Positions 30,540 to 45,436 of a DNA stretch of 64,000 bases are shown one piece after another (the first letter of the stretch is position 1; the number at the start of each line of letters is the position of its first letter). The translations under genes and the position numbers were made by a program. The DNA is from the human T2T-CHM13v2.0 reference genome, Homo sapiens: contig CP068257.2 of NCBI GenBank assembly GCA_009914755.4, forward strand, positions 43,232,001 to 43,296,000, read 5' to 3'. A model generated the notes under the pieces. It was not told where the DNA came from. It saw nothing but the letters and a program-made list of their open reading frames with translations, and did no database searches.

Positions 30540-31560
30540 CAAGATGGCACATGTGGAGTGTGTGTGTGAGCATGTGCGTTGTGCAAGCACACATGTGAAC
30601 GTATGTGGGCGTGTGTGTGAACCTGGGAGTGTGCAATGTACATGGATGAGCATAAGTGTATGCATGTGTGTTCCTGCATGTATGTGTGTGACCAGGTATA
30701 CATGTGGGCATGTGAACAGGTGCGTATGTGTATCTGTGTGTGCAGCCATCTGCATGTGTAAACATGAGTGTGTACATGCGTAGCACAACTGTGTGTGCAC
30801 GTATTCCTGTATGCATGTGAGCATGTTCAGGTATGGACACACCTAGTTCACGTAGGTGACCAGGTACATATGTGGGCATGTGTGTTTATGTACGATTTAT
30901 ACATGTGAGTGAAGACATACATGGGTGATCATGAGTGTGCATGTGAGCATGTCTGTGTGCACATGTGGTCTTGCACGTGTGTATGACTGTGTGTGCATGT
31001 GTGTGCACATGCAAGTGTGAGCATGCATTCATGTGTGTGAGCATGCATTTGTGTGTGAGCGTGCATTCACGTGTGTGAGCGTGCATTTGTGCATGTGAGC
31101 ATACATTCGCGTGTGTGAGCATGCATTTGCGTGTGAGCATACATTCATGTGTGAGCATACATTCACATGTGAGAGCATGCATTTGTGTGTTTGAGCATGT
31201 GTGTGAGCATACATTCACGTGTGTGAGCATGCATTCACGTGTGTGTGCATTTGAGTTTGGGTGTGCTTTTGTGTGTGAGCATGCATTCGCGTGTGTGAGC
31301 ATCCATTTGTGCATGTGAGGATACATTCATGTGTGAGTGTGCATTCGCATGTGTGAGCGTGCATTTGCGTTTGAGCATGCATTTGTGTGTGAGTGTGCAT
31401 TGCATGTGTGAACATGCATTTGTGTGTGAGCGTGCATTCACGTGCATGAGCGTGCATTTGTGTGTGAGCGTGCATTTGTGTGAGCATGCATTTGCTTGTG
31501 TGTGTGTGTGTTATCGTGCATGTGTGCATCCCCGCATGTAGGGAAGGTGGCAGAGTGCCG
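30540..31560. repeat. About 1 kb TG-rich higher-order tandem repeat (gtgtgtgagc(a/g)tgcatt(c/t)(a/g)c units) in ITGB2 intron 5
   Basis: Continuous alternation of (TG)n runs with gagcatgcattcac/gagcgtgcatttgt blocks. Generates Cys/His-rich spurious ORFs on both strands. Confidence 0.9.
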
Positions 31561-31846
31561 ATGTGAGAAGCCACGGCCGGCGGGGAAGACATGCGCTGTG
31601 ACTGACACACACGTGTGCTGGAGACCTGCTCTGTGGCAAGGCAGTGCTGGTGTAGAGCGGAGCCCTTGGCCCAGCAGAGCTTGCTGTGTGGTTTCTTCAG
31701 TGCTGCCGTCGCTGTGCCGTCTATATGTGTTGTGGTCTTTAATGTTTAATAATTGGCACTGTCAGAATTTTGTCTTTTAAACATACCAAGAAATAAATAA
31801 AGGAAGTAGAAGATGGAAGGGGAAGTGGAGGGCTGGACAATGTCTA

Positions 31847-32257
<411 letters not shown>

Positions 32258-32959
32258 TCACATCTCACACAGGGTGTCTGGGGGCGTGTGGCCCCGAGCG
32301 GGCTGTGCACTGGCACCCTCTCCTCCAGCCCCCAAATCCTCCTGACCTCCCCTCTCCCCGCCTGGCAGGAGAGCTGAGGACCAGACACAGGACATCCAGG
32401 CAGGCTGGAGTTTCAGAGGAAGGACATGACTCCCGGACGCAGGCATGTGCCTCGCAGTGACACTGAAACCCGCCTGGGGTGCTTAGAGTTGACGCCAGCG
32501 ACATTGGGGACGCCTTTCATTGAGAGTGGCAGCGGCTCACCTGGGCTCACACCTAACCCGGCCCCATGCCTGCAGTCCCACGGGCGCCCTCATCAGCAGC
32601 CACATAGACAGGCATCACACGAACCTGGCACTTCCCAGCAAGGCCCACGCGGGCCGTCCCCAGGAGGCCCCTTTCTCCATCCCAGCCCTGGACTTCCGCT
32701 CGCCCGCGTCTCAGTCACACGTGCGGTTGTGTAGCTGTCTGTTTACCTGTCACCGCAACCAGCCTGTGTCCCTGGCTCCCAGAACCGTGCCTGGTACAAG
32801 TCAGCTCTCCATAAACACACATCATGTTAATGAATGAGCAGGGAGGGAGGGTGACGAAGCCTGTCCCCTCTGCCCCACCCTCCAGCCTTCAGCCCCCCTG
32901 GGCGGCAGGACAAGTGCAGAGCCCACTCCACCCCCAACCTGCCTGCTGCCACACCCTGG

Positions 32960-33590
32960 GAGAAAGGGTATGTGCCCCTCCTCACAGACACACACACACG
33001 CACTCCTACACATAAATACACCACATGCACACACAGTCACACATGGCATACACACCCACATATATGCACACACACAATACTCACACACAAATATAACTCA
33101 TGCACACACAGTCACACGTAGCACACACGCACCCACATATACACGCACATGGCACCCACACACAGCAAACACACCACAAATATGCACACACACCACAAAC
33201 ACCAACCACCACACATGCACGCATACACACACACCTCACACTCATACACAACACCAGACACAAAGCACACATACTATATGTACTTGTTCATATACACAAA
33301 CACACCACATGCACGCACACACACTCGCACACACATACACACACCAAACACACACACATGCACTCACGCACATACACCACACACATGCACTCACATACAC
33401 ATGCATGCCACACACATATACACATGCCACACACATGCATTCACACCCATACACACACGTGCCACACATATACACACACCCCACACAATGCTAAACACAT
33501 ACATACCACACACACCATGCATACACACACACCACACACACATGCGCTCACACACACACACACTCACCCACATTCACACCCGGCACTCCT
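32960..33590. repeat. CA-rich alternating purine-pyrimidine low-complexity tract, about 630 bp, ITGB2 intron 4
   Basis: cacacacacgcactcctacacataaatacaccacatgcacacacag... The ORF track shows H/T-rich 174-383 aa spurious frames. Confidence 0.9.
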
Positions 33591-34794
33591 GGCCCTGGCC
33601 CTCGCCCTGCTGTGCCTTGCAGCCCTCAGAGGCTTCACTTGGCCTCTGGGCCAAGGACCCCAATCACTTTCTATGAAGGGCCAGACAGTAAATGTGTTTG
33701 GCTTTGGGGGCCGTGCGGCGTCTGCAGCGACATGGAGGAGGCAGCCAAGACCATGTCCCCACGAGCAATGTGGCCATGCTGCAGTCAAAGGGCACAGACA
33801 TAGGCCTTTGGTGGCTGACCAAGGGGCCCCGTCCCTTCCCTTCCAGAGTAGAGGCTCAGCGAAGGGCCAGCAGGCTGCGGGGGTAGGGCCAGGACCCCGC
33901 GAGAGGACAGTCCCTTCCCAGATCCTGCCGCCCTGCTCTGGGAGCCTGTGGCCCTGGGGTGCTGTTAAGATCTCTCCCTGGTGCTCACCCGAGTTTGCCT
34001 ACCCTCACCTGCATCCACCCGAGCTCACCTGTGCCCTCCCAGAGGCCACAGCATTTGCCCCCTGCACAGTGGGGATGCATGCCAGGCCGTGGGCAGCCAC
34101 TCCCCCACCCTTCCCCACGGCACAAGGATGCCCCCACTCAGGCGCACCCCCACCCTCCAGGACGATCCTTCCTGACACCTCCAGCACCACAGAGCTGCAC
34201 AAACTCTGGCCACAGGCAACACCTCTGTCAGCCTCAGTTTCCTCACTGTGAAGTGGGGCGTGGGGAAAATACATCAGAGCTGCCTCCAGGGGCCACAGGG
34301 CCAGGCCCTCGAGTTTGAGGTCAGAGGTGGAGGTTCCAGCACGAAGGGGCTTGTGCCTGCTCACGGGGCAGCGAGGGGCAGGCCTGACCCTACCACCAGG
34401 GTGGGGTTTTGTCCCCTGCTGCCCCCAGGGACACCTGGGCCCTGCTCCTGCAGGACCTCCCCAATGGCTCGGCCCCATCCCTCACTGTCTCCCAGCTGCC
34501 TCCCTCCCGGCTGCTGCTGGCTGTCACCTGGCCGCCTGCACCCTGGGCCACTCTGCCCCAAGGCTAACTCAGTGGCCGCTGACCTGGGCTTCCCCTGAGG
34601 GCAGAGCTCTGAGCCCCAGCCTGTCCGACACCAGCTGGTTCCTCTAAAGTCACCCTGGCCCCGTCTGCACCCTCTCCCTGGGAGATGGCTTCCCCTTCCT
34701 TCCCTGGCCTCACTGTGGCCTGGGAGGTCACAGGTCGGTGGCCACACCAGGCCTCCTTCTCCCATCTGCTGCACCACCACACCTGCCTTCCTGG

Positions 34795-34895
34795 AGCAAG
34801 GAGGGAGCTTCGTTTCTTCCCTCCCTTCCCCTTCCCTCCCTTCCCTCCCTTCCCTCCCTCCCTTCCCTCCCCTTCTCTTCCCTTCCTTTCTTTTC
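34795..34895. repeat. (CCCTT/CCTTC)n polypyrimidine microsatellite, immediately 5' of an Alu
   Basis: ccttccccttccctcccttccctcccttccctccctcccttccctccccttctcttcccttcc. Confidence 0.9.
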
Positions 34896-34896
34896 A

Positions 34897-35099
34897 TTTT
34901 GAGACAGAATCTCGCCCTGTCGCCCAGGCTAAAGTGCAGTGGCACAATCTTGGCTCACTGCAACCTCTGCCTCCCAGGTTCAAGTGATTCTCCTGCCGCA
35001 GCAGGAGAATGTTGGCCAGGCTGGTCTCGAACCCCCGACCTCAAGTGATCCACCCGCCTCGGCCTCCCAAAGTGCTGGGATTACAGGCGTGAGCCACCG
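34897..35099 (-). mobile_element. Alu SINE, antisense, with an internal deletion, ITGB2 intron 4
   Basis: gagacagaatctcgccctgtcgcccaggctaaagtgcagtggcacaatc...gggattacaggcgtgagccaccg. The middle is disrupted near 34995. Confidence 0.8.
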
Positions 35100-35264
35100 A
35101 TAAGGAGGGCGTTTCTCAAAGCACTGACAGGGGACTGTGTTCTGAAACAGGTGCTCTGGTCAAGTCGAAACAGGTGCTCTGGTCAAGTCAGTTTGGGCAA
35201 CACTGGTTTAAACAGTTACTTAGGTCTCTTGGCTGCAAGACTGATCAGAGCCTTTACTCTTCTA

Positions 35265-35804
<540 letters not shown>

Positions 35805-38800
35805 TCAGGAGGGGGCCACACTGCGGGACCTGCAGGAGGCTGACTGGCCATGGAGGACTGAGGACCCACCCTGTCCCCTCCTCCTCTGCGCCTGGAATTT
35901 GGGACAGAAGTCCCTGTGGACAGAGACAGGGAGCTCCTTCAGCCTCCCAGACAGCCCCTCCCTGAAGGCTCCCAGCCACAGCAGACCCCTGGGGGGCAGG
36001 GTATCGCCTCCTCCTCTGCCTCTAGCGGCAGAAAGGACTCAGGACCTACTCTCCAGCCCGAGGCTGACCCAAGAGGAGAGGCCTCAGCGTCCTCTAGCAG
36101 CTGGCCCAGGGGCTTCAAGCCCTTCATCAGCAGAACCTTTGTCCAAGGGAGTTGCTGTGTCCCAAAGGAACGTGGCAGTCCCTAGGCCCCCAAGAAACCC
36201 AGAACATGGGCAGGGTTCTGGGCCAAGCCCCTCAAAGTTTAGAAGAACAAAAGCTGGAGGGGAGCCTGGGAGGCCTGGGCCCAGGGCGCTTTCCTCTCAG
36301 CCACTTTGTCCCTGCAAATCCCCTGGATTCTGATGAGGGCTGTGTTTGGTGGGTCCCGTCACTGGCCCCGAGCCTGCTGCCTCTACAGGGAAGGGTGCTG
36401 GTGATGCGGGGCCAGAAGCGCGTGTTTGTGCACTTGCTTTCGTAGAGGGAAGCTCAGGAGGATAAGCCCGGCCCCCAGAGGCTGGTGAGTCCCGCAGGCA
36501 GGGGGGCAGGTGGGAGGGGAGGGCGACAGTCCCCAGGGTGCCTCTTTGTAGGGCTCTGACTTTTGGAACCACAGAATTTTTTAAAGAAGTCCTCCAGAAA
36601 TAAAAGTACATCAGCAAGTATCCCAGCAAGAGAGAAAAGAAAGCCTAAATGTAATCCACACAGAAACAAACAAATCTCACTGAAAGGTGTTTATTTCAGA
36701 GGAGCTGAAAACCTCCAGAAAGGGGAGGGAAAAAACCCAGCCTGACCAAGGTAGTTTCCACCTGGGGCCTGGCCACCCTGCTCAGTCCGAGGACAGACGG
36801 GAGCCACCCGGCTTCTCCTCCGGGGACTGCTCGCCGCGGTGGCGTGGGCTGGAGGACCCAAAGCCGCTCCCCGTGGGACGCAAAATTGAGAAATGAGGAA
36901 GCTGCTGACGGTAAGGAATGAGACACCACTTCTCCTGCTGCCCTCCCCTTCTTCTCCACCCCCTCCCCTTCTCTAGTTTATAAGACAGGAGAAAAGAGAG
37001 AAAGCAAAAAGTTGGAAAGAAACAGAAGTAAGATAAATAGCCAGATGACCTTGGCGCCACCACCCGGCCCTGGTGGTTAAACTAATAATATTATTATTAT
37101 TATTATTATTAACCCCTGACCAAAACTACTGGTGTTATCTGTAAATTCCAGACATTGTATGAAAAAGCATTGCAAAACTTTCTGTTCTGTCAGCTGATGC
37201 ATGTAACCCCCAGTCAAGTTCCCCACACTTGCTCTATCTATCACAACCCTTTCATGTGGAGCCCTTAGAGTTGTAAGCCCTTAAAAGGGCTAGGAATTTC
37301 TTTTTCGGGGAGCTCGGCTCTTAAGACGCAAGTCTGCTGACACTCCTGGCCAAATAAAGCCCTTCCTTCTTTAACCGAGTGTCTGAGGAATTCTGTCTGC
37401 GGCTTGTCCGGCTACAACGGTGCTGGAGCCCAGACTCTCAGGGAAAGGAACCCGAGCCGTCAGAAAACCATCTGATTCCAGGCTGGGGCAAGGGACATGG
37501 AGATGGGCCTGCAGCATCATGTTGCTCCAGAAAGCAAGAAAGTGCTCAGAACGGTAGAACGGGGATGCATGGACAGGACACGCAGCCAGACCTAGCGGAT
37601 TTGAGCATCTCGGGGAAGAAAGGACAGCCACAGATCATGCACTACTGAACAAAATAAAACTGTGGGTCACGCTGATGAGAGAGAGGCTGAAGAGAAGGAG
37701 AGACCCTTCCTTAGGTTGGCAGCCGTGAGTGGCAGGCGGGGACCAGCACGGCACCAATCTGCAGCCATCGCAGTGATGGCGGCTTCAGGCGGGGACCTCC
37801 GCGGATGCTGAGCCTGCGGGTGCGATTTGATGAGGGCAGAACCTCACCAGCCCACAGTGGCTGCGAGGGGATCATGCAGCGGGATGGGGAGGCCGGGGGG
37901 ATGCCGTCTCAGCAGAGCCGTCCACGCTGACCTCATCAAGACTGGGACGGGGCCACAGCAGTGCCTCTCATGGGCACTTAGGACACCGTCACTGAGGGGC
38001 TCCTGCCAAAGCACACCTGAGTCCAGGCAGAGGAAACTCCAGACAAGACCCCCGAGGGTCATGCTACAAAGCTGCTCTCCTGACCTCCTCAGAAACGCCC
38101 AAGGACAGGAAAGACAAAGAAAGCTGAGGACTTGTCCAGATTCAAGAAGCCCAAGGAGACGGCTGAGCGTAGGGCGAGCCTGGGTGACGAGATTCAGAGC
38201 GTTAGACGGCTGAGCGCAGTGTGTGAACCTGGGTTAGGAGATTTGGGGCCTGAGATGGCTGAGTGCAGGGTGAGCCTGAGTGAGGAGATTCTGAGCCTGA
38301 GACAGCTGAGCACAGGGTGAGCCTGGGTGACAAAATCCACCAGGAAAATATGCTCACGAAGACATCATTGGGACAACCAATAAAATATGCGTAGTGTGTA
38401 GGTTTGATGATAATGAGATACCAATGCTGAATTTCCTGAATTTGATACATGAATTTATCAAATATAGATATACATGTATCAAAATACATTTACATCAAAG
38501 TACATTTCCTCTCGGCCACCTTGTCCCTGCAAAGCCCCTGGATTCTGATAAGGGCTGTGTTTGGTGGGTCCCGTCACTGGCCCCAAACCTGCTGACTCTG
38601 CAGGAAAGCGTGCTGGCGATGCGGGGCCAGAAGCGCGCGTGTTTCTGCACTTGCTTACGTAGTTTTGTAAGTGAAAACCTTGTTCTTAAGAAAGACCTCC
38701 CTTGAAGTACTAAGAGACAAAGGGCTCCATGTCTACAACCTACTCGGAAATGGCTGAGAAAAAATACAAGTGTGTGTTCTGTGTGTGTTTCCAAACAGAC

Positions 38801-38971
38801 CACACATCAGAACCTCAGGGGCCCCTTGAGGGGAGGGTGAGGCCAGGGTCTGGGGACCCCCTCAAAAAGAAAATGGAGTTGTTGGTCCTCTGGGTGCCAC
38901 TGGCTTCAGGGGCAGGAAAGGGCCCTCACCCAGGAGCTGGGCAGGTGGGGAGGGGTCCAGGAGGCACTTAC

Positions 38972-39060
38972 CAGCTTCTGGCACCAGGTGCAGCCGGGCC
39001 CCGACTCGATGCATTCCCGGCAGCTGCTGACCTTGAACTTCGTGCACTCCTGAGAGAGGA
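38972..39060 (-). CDS. ITGB2: ITGB2 exon 3: (V)[29 protein letters not shown] (end of signal peptide, start of PSI domain)
   Basis: ORF 38906..39190 (minus). Acceptor ccctcag|TCCTCTCTCAGGAGTGC, donor CTG|gtaagt. Phase 1 acceptor completes the Val codon begun in exon 2. Confidence 0.85.
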
Positions 39061-39412
39061 CTGAGGGACGAGGCCGGCTGGTGAGTGGGTGCTCTGGGCC
39101 GCCCTGCCCACACCCAAGGGGGAGTAGAGCAGGAAGGTCAGAGGAGGCCCAAAAAGACAGGGAGGCAGCCTCCAGGAGGAGACCCCGCATTCGCCACCAC
39201 CCCCAGGTGCAAAGAGGGGCCCTCGGGAAACAGCACAGCTACAGCCTCCTGGCACGTGCGGAGACGAGGCCTGAGTCCCCGACCTACCCCCAGTGGCAAG
39301 GTCCTTCCCCAGCCTCCCGGGAACTTCTGTCTATGGGAAAGTGAGGGCAGGCCCTGTTCTCCCTGATTGGAATGTCACGCGTGGAGTCCCCTCCGTGGAA
39401 CACAGAACTCAC

Positions 39413-39473
39413 CGCACCCGAGGGAGAGCAGCCCCACCAGGGCGAGCAGTGGGGGGCGCAGGCCCAGCATGTC
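39413..39473 (-). CDS. ITGB2: ITGB2 exon 2: 3 nt of 5'UTR plus ATG at 39470-39468, MLGLRPPLLALVGLLSLGC and first base of Val (signal peptide)
   Basis: Minus strand reads ccacag|GACATGCTGGGCCTGCGCCCCCCACTGCTCGCCCTGGTGGGGCTGCTCTCCCTCGGGTGCG|gtgagt. The stop codon of ORF 39409..39624 fixes the coordinates. Confidence 0.85.
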
Positions 39474-39699
39474 CTGTGGAGGGAAGGGGTCTTGGTGACG
39501 GTCTCAGGCCCAACCCCTGGGGCTGACCACCCATGAAGCTCCCCTCCAGCTGGCCTGGGACAAGGAGCTGGGGCCCTGTCCCTGCTGCAGGGGGTGGGTT
39601 AGGGTCAGGCCAGCACAGCTGCACTGGGCCCAGCTGCCAACAGCCAGGGAGGGAGGGATCCCGGGCTCAGCAGTGCGGGCAGCACACCTGCTCAGCCAG

Positions 39700-40075
39700 G
39701 CACCCAGGACAGCTGCAGCGGGCCCCTGCAGAGGCACACAACACAGGCACACACACACATGCAGACGTGTACACACACCACACATGCACGTGTACGTGCA
39801 TACAGATGTGTGCCTGACTGCATGTACACACCACGTGCATGCACACACCACACATATACATGCATCACACCACACATATGTACACACAGAGATGTATACA
39901 CCCCTTACCCACACCATACTCCCCGCAAGACACTACACACCACACACAAATATACACATGCACACGTACACACACATACACACCACACAGACACACACAC
40001 CACACGCACACACCATACACACGTGCAAATGTACACGCACACAAACACCAGAACCCCACACACCCGGTGTGTGCA
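39700..40075. repeat. CA/TG-rich alternating purine-pyrimidine low-complexity tract in ITGB2 intron 1
   Basis: acacacacatgcagacgtgtacacacaccacacatgcacgtg... for about 375 bp. Confidence 0.85.
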
Positions 40076-41469
40076 CTCTGCCCCAGTGTGCCCCAGGTCC
40101 TCCGTGAGCAGAGCCTGTGCTTGGAGGAGAGCTGGGCTTGGCCCTGTCTCTCTGTGGCAGAAACATAGCCAGGAAGAGAAAGCTGGCTGGATGCCCGCGG
40201 GTGCCAGGCTGTGTGCCAGGAAGAGAAAGCTGGCTTGATGCCCGCGGGTGCCAAGCTGTGTGCTAGGCCTGCCCAGGAGCCCTGCAGTCCCTGCCAGGTG
40301 GGAAAAAAAGTCACCTGACTTGCCCAAGCCACCAGTTGCCGGGGTCCTGCCCTTTTGTTTCCAGATACACACCCACCCCGTCCTTAACCCACGCATCCAC
40401 AGCCAGGGGCGGCTCAGTGGTCACTCACAGGCCCTCGGCCCCAGAGGCAAAATGACGGAAGCAGGCCTCAGCCTGGTGCTGGAGGCCGGCAGCACCTCCT
40501 AGCGGGCAGCAGGGCCGTTCCACCCCTGGGTTCCCTTCCCTCCATCCGGGAGGTGCCCAAACCAGGCCTAGGTCGGCTCCTTGGGGGGTCTTAGGGCTTC
40601 CTAGGTGGGGTGGGCCCCTGGGTCTGACCTCCCAGGACCTGAGAACATTATAGCTGGCTGGGACCCTTTTATCTGGCACCAAGAAGGTGGAGAGGTACTG
40701 AGAAGGGGTACCCAGGAGCCTTCCTGTCATGGTGGGCAGGAAGACATTTCCGTTACCCTGGGGCTGTTGTCAGAAGCAAAGATCAACACACCTCCTCCAG
40801 CAAATGCCAGTTCCTGTCACGGCCTCCCAGGCTGCTGGGGCGTTCCTGCCCCACACCCTTCCCTCGGGTGGTGCTGGCAGGGCCACCCAAGGTTCAGTGG
40901 GCAGACCCAAGCCAGCAGAGCCCCAAACTAGGGCCTGCCGGCTTTGAAGACAGCGCTGGGTGCTGTGCTGTGGCCCGGGAGGCTCGGGTGCCCTCAGCCA
41001 CAGGCCCTGGCTCCCCTCCATCCCCCGAAAGCCCTGCACCTGTGCTGGGGGCTCTGAGGCCAACGGAACACCCACCAGGGGCCCATCTGAGGATCCCACA
41101 GCTTAGACGCCCCAACAAGCCCCAAGGTCCTGTTGTTTTGGCAGTGACCTCATTCCCTGGTTCCCAGCAAAATTATAATCAGAATACAAAAATGTCAAAA
41201 GGGAACCCTTGATCCTTCCCGTCCTGGGGTCAAAAACAGAACCTGCACCCTGCTGTAACTTCCTGGAGGAGGTGGTTTTGGTTCACATTGGGCCCACCCT
41301 GTGTCTGAAAGCCCCCATATCTCTGATCGTTGGGGGTTGTGGTTCAGGCCGAGGCCAGTTCCAGCTCTCCATCTGGGCCCCCTCAAAGTCCTGCGCCTGG
41401 ACTGACCTCGGTGCCACGAGTGCCCACCAGCCCCTCAGCTGATCGGAGGCCCTGTGCATGCTGGAGCTA

Positions 41470-41745
41470 CCCCAGGGTGCAGGGTCCAGCCAGCTTCAGG
41501 ACTCCCCCAGGGTGCAGGGTCCAGCCGGCTTCAGGACTCCCCCAGGGTGCAGGGTCCAGCCGGCTTCAGGACTCCCCCAGGGTGCAGGGTCCAGCCGGCT
41601 TCAGGACTCCCCCAGGGTGCAGGGTCCAGCCGGCTTCAGGACTCCCCCAGGGTGCAGGGTCCAGCCGGCTTCAGGACTCCCCCAGGGTGCAGGGTCCAGC
41701 CAGCTTCAGGACTCCCCCAGGTCGCAGCTGCGCCAAGTGGGGAGG
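41470..41745. repeat. 30-bp minisatellite (gggtgcagggtccagccggcttcaggactcccccag) x about 9, ITGB2 intron 1
   Basis: Direct reading. Gives repetitive spurious ORFs on the plus strand (PGCRVQPASGLPQGAGSSRLQDSPRVQGPAGFRTP repeated). Confidence 0.9.
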
Positions 41746-43189
41746 GGGTGCAGACCTCCCCTGGCAGCCCCAGCCAGGCTGGTAAGGACTCACACCCCAG
41801 CTCCACGCTCTCCCTGGGGCCGCAGACATGAGGTCTCCGCCCCTAACACAGTCGTGACCAGTGGCATGCAAACACTTCATACCCTCAAATGGGGAAACTG
41901 AGGGCCCCAGCAGCAGCAAGATATGGACCTGGTGCCCAGTTACCCCGGGCACTCCCACCTGCCCACAGGGAGAGGGGGTGCACCTTGATTCCAGCAGGAT
42001 TGGCTCAGAGACCACGGCACCCCAACCTTGACCACAGGAAGGGGGCTGGTGGGGAGCCACCTTCTCCCCACTGTTGCTCCTCCATGAGCAGCCCTGGGGG
42101 GCTTGGAGCTGGGGGCACAAGAGAAGCCAGGCCCTGCCCCACCCCCCAATGCCAGTGGCTGAGCCCAGACAAACAGCTGGGGATGAAGGTCCGCTCCAGG
42201 AGGTAAGGCAGTGCACTGAGCCTGGCAGCCAGCCTCCCTTCTGTGGGAGAACAGGGCAGGGCAGCCCCTCTGCCCAGCAGCCAGGATGGCCCACGGAGGT
42301 CCAGGGCCTCACCTGAGGCCTGAGAGACCAAGACCCCATCAGGCCTATCTGCCTCAGTTTCCTCCATGTGCCTGGAGGTGGTCGAAGGGCCTGTGCCAGC
42401 TCCCTGGGGGATGGGAATGGGTAAGGCACAGATGGAGGGCAGCATTCGGGCAAACAGGTGCCTGGCCACTGTCACCTCTGGTGCCCTGAGGCTAAGCCGG
42501 CAGAGTTGCAGGGCAGGAGGGGAGGAAGAGCACAGACACCCCCCACCCCAGCCCCTGAGCTGGCCCCAGAGCTCTGGCCTGGAGCCTGATCACCCTGAGG
42601 CCCTCCCTGCTGCCCCACACTGGGGGCAGGTGCCCTCCTCATCCTCCAAGGCCCTCCCTGCTGCCCCACACCAGGGGCGGGTGCCCTCCTCATCCTCCAG
42701 CTCTGGACTTCCCCCATCTAAGGGCGGGCGGGTCCCCTTACCAAGACCTAAGGTGCAAAACCCAAAGCTGAGGCTGCTTAGGAATCCACAGCCCCACAGG
42801 CCTCTCAGAACCTTGCATCAGAGTCGCCCTTGACCTCAACCCTGCCCGAGAAGGAAGTGCTGGTGCAACCCCAGCCCAGCTGCAGGAAGTGGTACCTGTC
42901 ACCAAGTCCCCTGCACAGGGGAAGCAGGGGGCTGAGGGGGCAGGACCAGGGGGACGAGGTCATCCTTCCCCGGAGAACCCCTCAGGGGCCGGGCGCCCTT
43001 CCCTCCCGGGCACCAAATGGACACAGCTAACAAGAACCACACTTCACGGTGAGCAAAGCTCTGAACATTCAGGCTCTGAGACACGAAAGCGGCGTCAGAA
43101 GAGATCTGCAGCAGATCCGGGCCAAATCACACACACCCTTTCACAGAAGTCGAGGACAGGAGAACAGGAGCAAACACAGGAAAGGAAGA

Positions 43190-43870
<681 letters not shown>

Positions 43871-44450
43871 TCTCAGGCTTCCTTTTTGCAACCCCGTAAA
43901 ACCCTAAGACGAGACCGCTTGAGGAACCAGAGGCCCCGCAGACCCATTGGAACTTTGCATCAGAGCTTCCTCCTGCCTGTGCTGAAACCCACCTTGCGCT
44001 GTCTTAGAGGAGAGGCACTCGCATCAAAGTGACTCGGAGGTGCGCGGGAAGTGATGGACGATGCCGCCAGGGGACAAGGTTGGAAGGAAGAGGACATGGG
44101 AGCCAACCCCTGCGCTGGGAACTGAAGGCTCAAGGGATGATTATAAACTAGGCATCCACCTTTTAAGCCAAAAGCCAGAGCATCAAGATGGACTCATTTC
44201 TGCTTTGTAGGAACGTGATAAAGAACTGGAGAGAAGTGCCGTCAGGTGGGGACTGGAACACTGTCCTTGGATCACAGAGGCTCCAGGAAATCCAGGGACA
44301 AAAACAGGTCAGATCAAATAGGAACAAGTCGGAGCAGAGAGGATGCAGGAAAACCCAGCCCATGTCGCCTCTGAACCTGCGACCCTGCAAAAGCGTATTT
44401 TCCCAAGGGTCAGGGAGACGTGTTCCTACTGTTGGTTTGACTATCTGTGA

Positions 44451-44769
<319 letters not shown>

Positions 44770-44914
44770 TGATAGCACAAATTTTAAAGGCCACAATTTG
44801 TGGCCAAATGAAATAAAATGAGACACCCCACCCCCCCGACACACACATATTAATAAGGAATGCTAAAGTACTCTGCTAAATACCTGAAGTCAAAGGGAAA
44901 TCAAATGATATTTA

Positions 44915-45436
<522 letters not shown>

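Noticed and set aside
41330-41901. Repetitive 125-151 aa plus-strand ORFs (PGCRVQPASGLPQGAGSSRLQDSPRVQGPAGFRTP repeated)
   Set aside because: They are a direct translation of the 30-bp minisatellite. The period is 10 aa x3 frames; not coding.
41671-42453. 260-aa minus-strand ORF in ITGB2 intron 1
   Set aside because: No similarity to any protein I recognise. Low-complexity P/G/S-rich composition in GC-rich intron sequence. ITGB2 exons 1 and 2 are accounted for elsewhere.
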